Below the pieces are notes generated by a model that was given only the letters and a program-made list of their open reading frames with translations, searched no databases and was not told the origin of the DNA. The position numbers were made by a program, and so were the translations under genes. A stretch of DNA of 63,910 nucleotides, filler included, from Sphacelaria rigidula (lineage: Eukaryota), in the NCBI GenBank assembly GCA_964200075.2. It is 10 parts of 10 records of this genome, joined end to end, with 100 filler letters (N's around TTAATTAATTAA, not from the genome) between each part and the next. Parts side by side here need not be neighbours in the genome. Positions count along the whole stretch, not along the records: positions 57,611 to 63,910 come from CAXNAA020020925.1; 9 more parts are not named here. One strand, 5' to 3'. Shown here piece by piece: positions 63,346-63,910 of the stretch (positions are counted from its first letter, which is position 1; the number at the start of each line of letters is the position of its first letter).

Positions 63346-63910
63346 ACTGCTTCCGGTACAGGGCCAGTCGAAAATGTTGCAGCCTTTTCATGACCGCCTA
63401 GTGATACAAGTAAACGGCAGTCTCCCGTTGTTGTCAGCATTTGCTTAACTCTACAGTGTAGGTTGATCACCAAACTAGGTAAACAACAAAACTTCGGTCA
63501 ACGATTACGGAATTTCACTTTTTCGTGTGGGACCTTTCATTCTACTTATTATTTGACTGCCATTCATTTGTGCACGAGTTCGTTCATGTTCATTTACTGC
63601 AGGCCGATCCTTTCACATCTGCAAGACTACAGTACTCAAACTCCAAACCGTCTCGCCGTCGATATCCTTGTTCACAGCTTCAGGTGATTCGATTTATTTT
63701 GTTCCTTGGTGGTGTTGATAGCCAGAGTCTTCTCGAGAGATTCTTCTGAACACCAGGGCATCATAGCGTTGCACCGATTCTTAGAAAGAATTGGATTTAA
63801 CCAGATGTAAGAGGCATGTTTTTATGTACTCCGTATCTTGACGGATTACTTAACATCCTCACCCCTGACCGCAGGTACTAGCCAGTTCCTGCGATCAGCC
63901 CTCCGGGCGC

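Overview
This is eukaryotic nuclear DNA, most consistent with a brown alga or other photosynthetic stramenopile. That is an inference from short GT-AG exons in long repeat-rich introns, signal-plus-transit plastid presequences, and the transposon families present. The window is not one locus. It is ten unrelated contigs of near-identical, decreasing length (6302, 6302, six of 6301, 6300, 6300 bp) joined by nine artificial 100-bp linkers (N44-TTAATTAATTAA-N44), so adjacency across a linker means nothing. Host gene fragments: the first exon of aminodeoxychorismate synthase (PabAB/ADCS) head-to-head with a probable thylakoid-lumen protein, four phase-consistent exons of a TPR protein, an E3-binding-domain exon of a 2-oxoacid dehydrogenase E2, and weaker exons resembling Sec3/Vps52 and syntaxin. 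Most of the rest is mobile DNA: a tRNA-derived SINE family, hAT non-autonomous elements with 8-bp target-site duplications (TSDs), a GAG...CTC terminal-inverted-repeat (TIR) family with 4-bp TSDs (Sola-like), degenerate Ty3/Gypsy and Ty1/Copia elements, LINE fragments and minisatellites. The three best leads are a Gypsy integrase with a chromodomain followed by a PWWP/Tudor-like domain, a ~530-bp intronic foldback (candidate miRNA/hairpin locus or foldback element), and the Sola-like MITE family. I found no CRISPR array, rRNA, intact tRNA or clearly novel multi-gene system.
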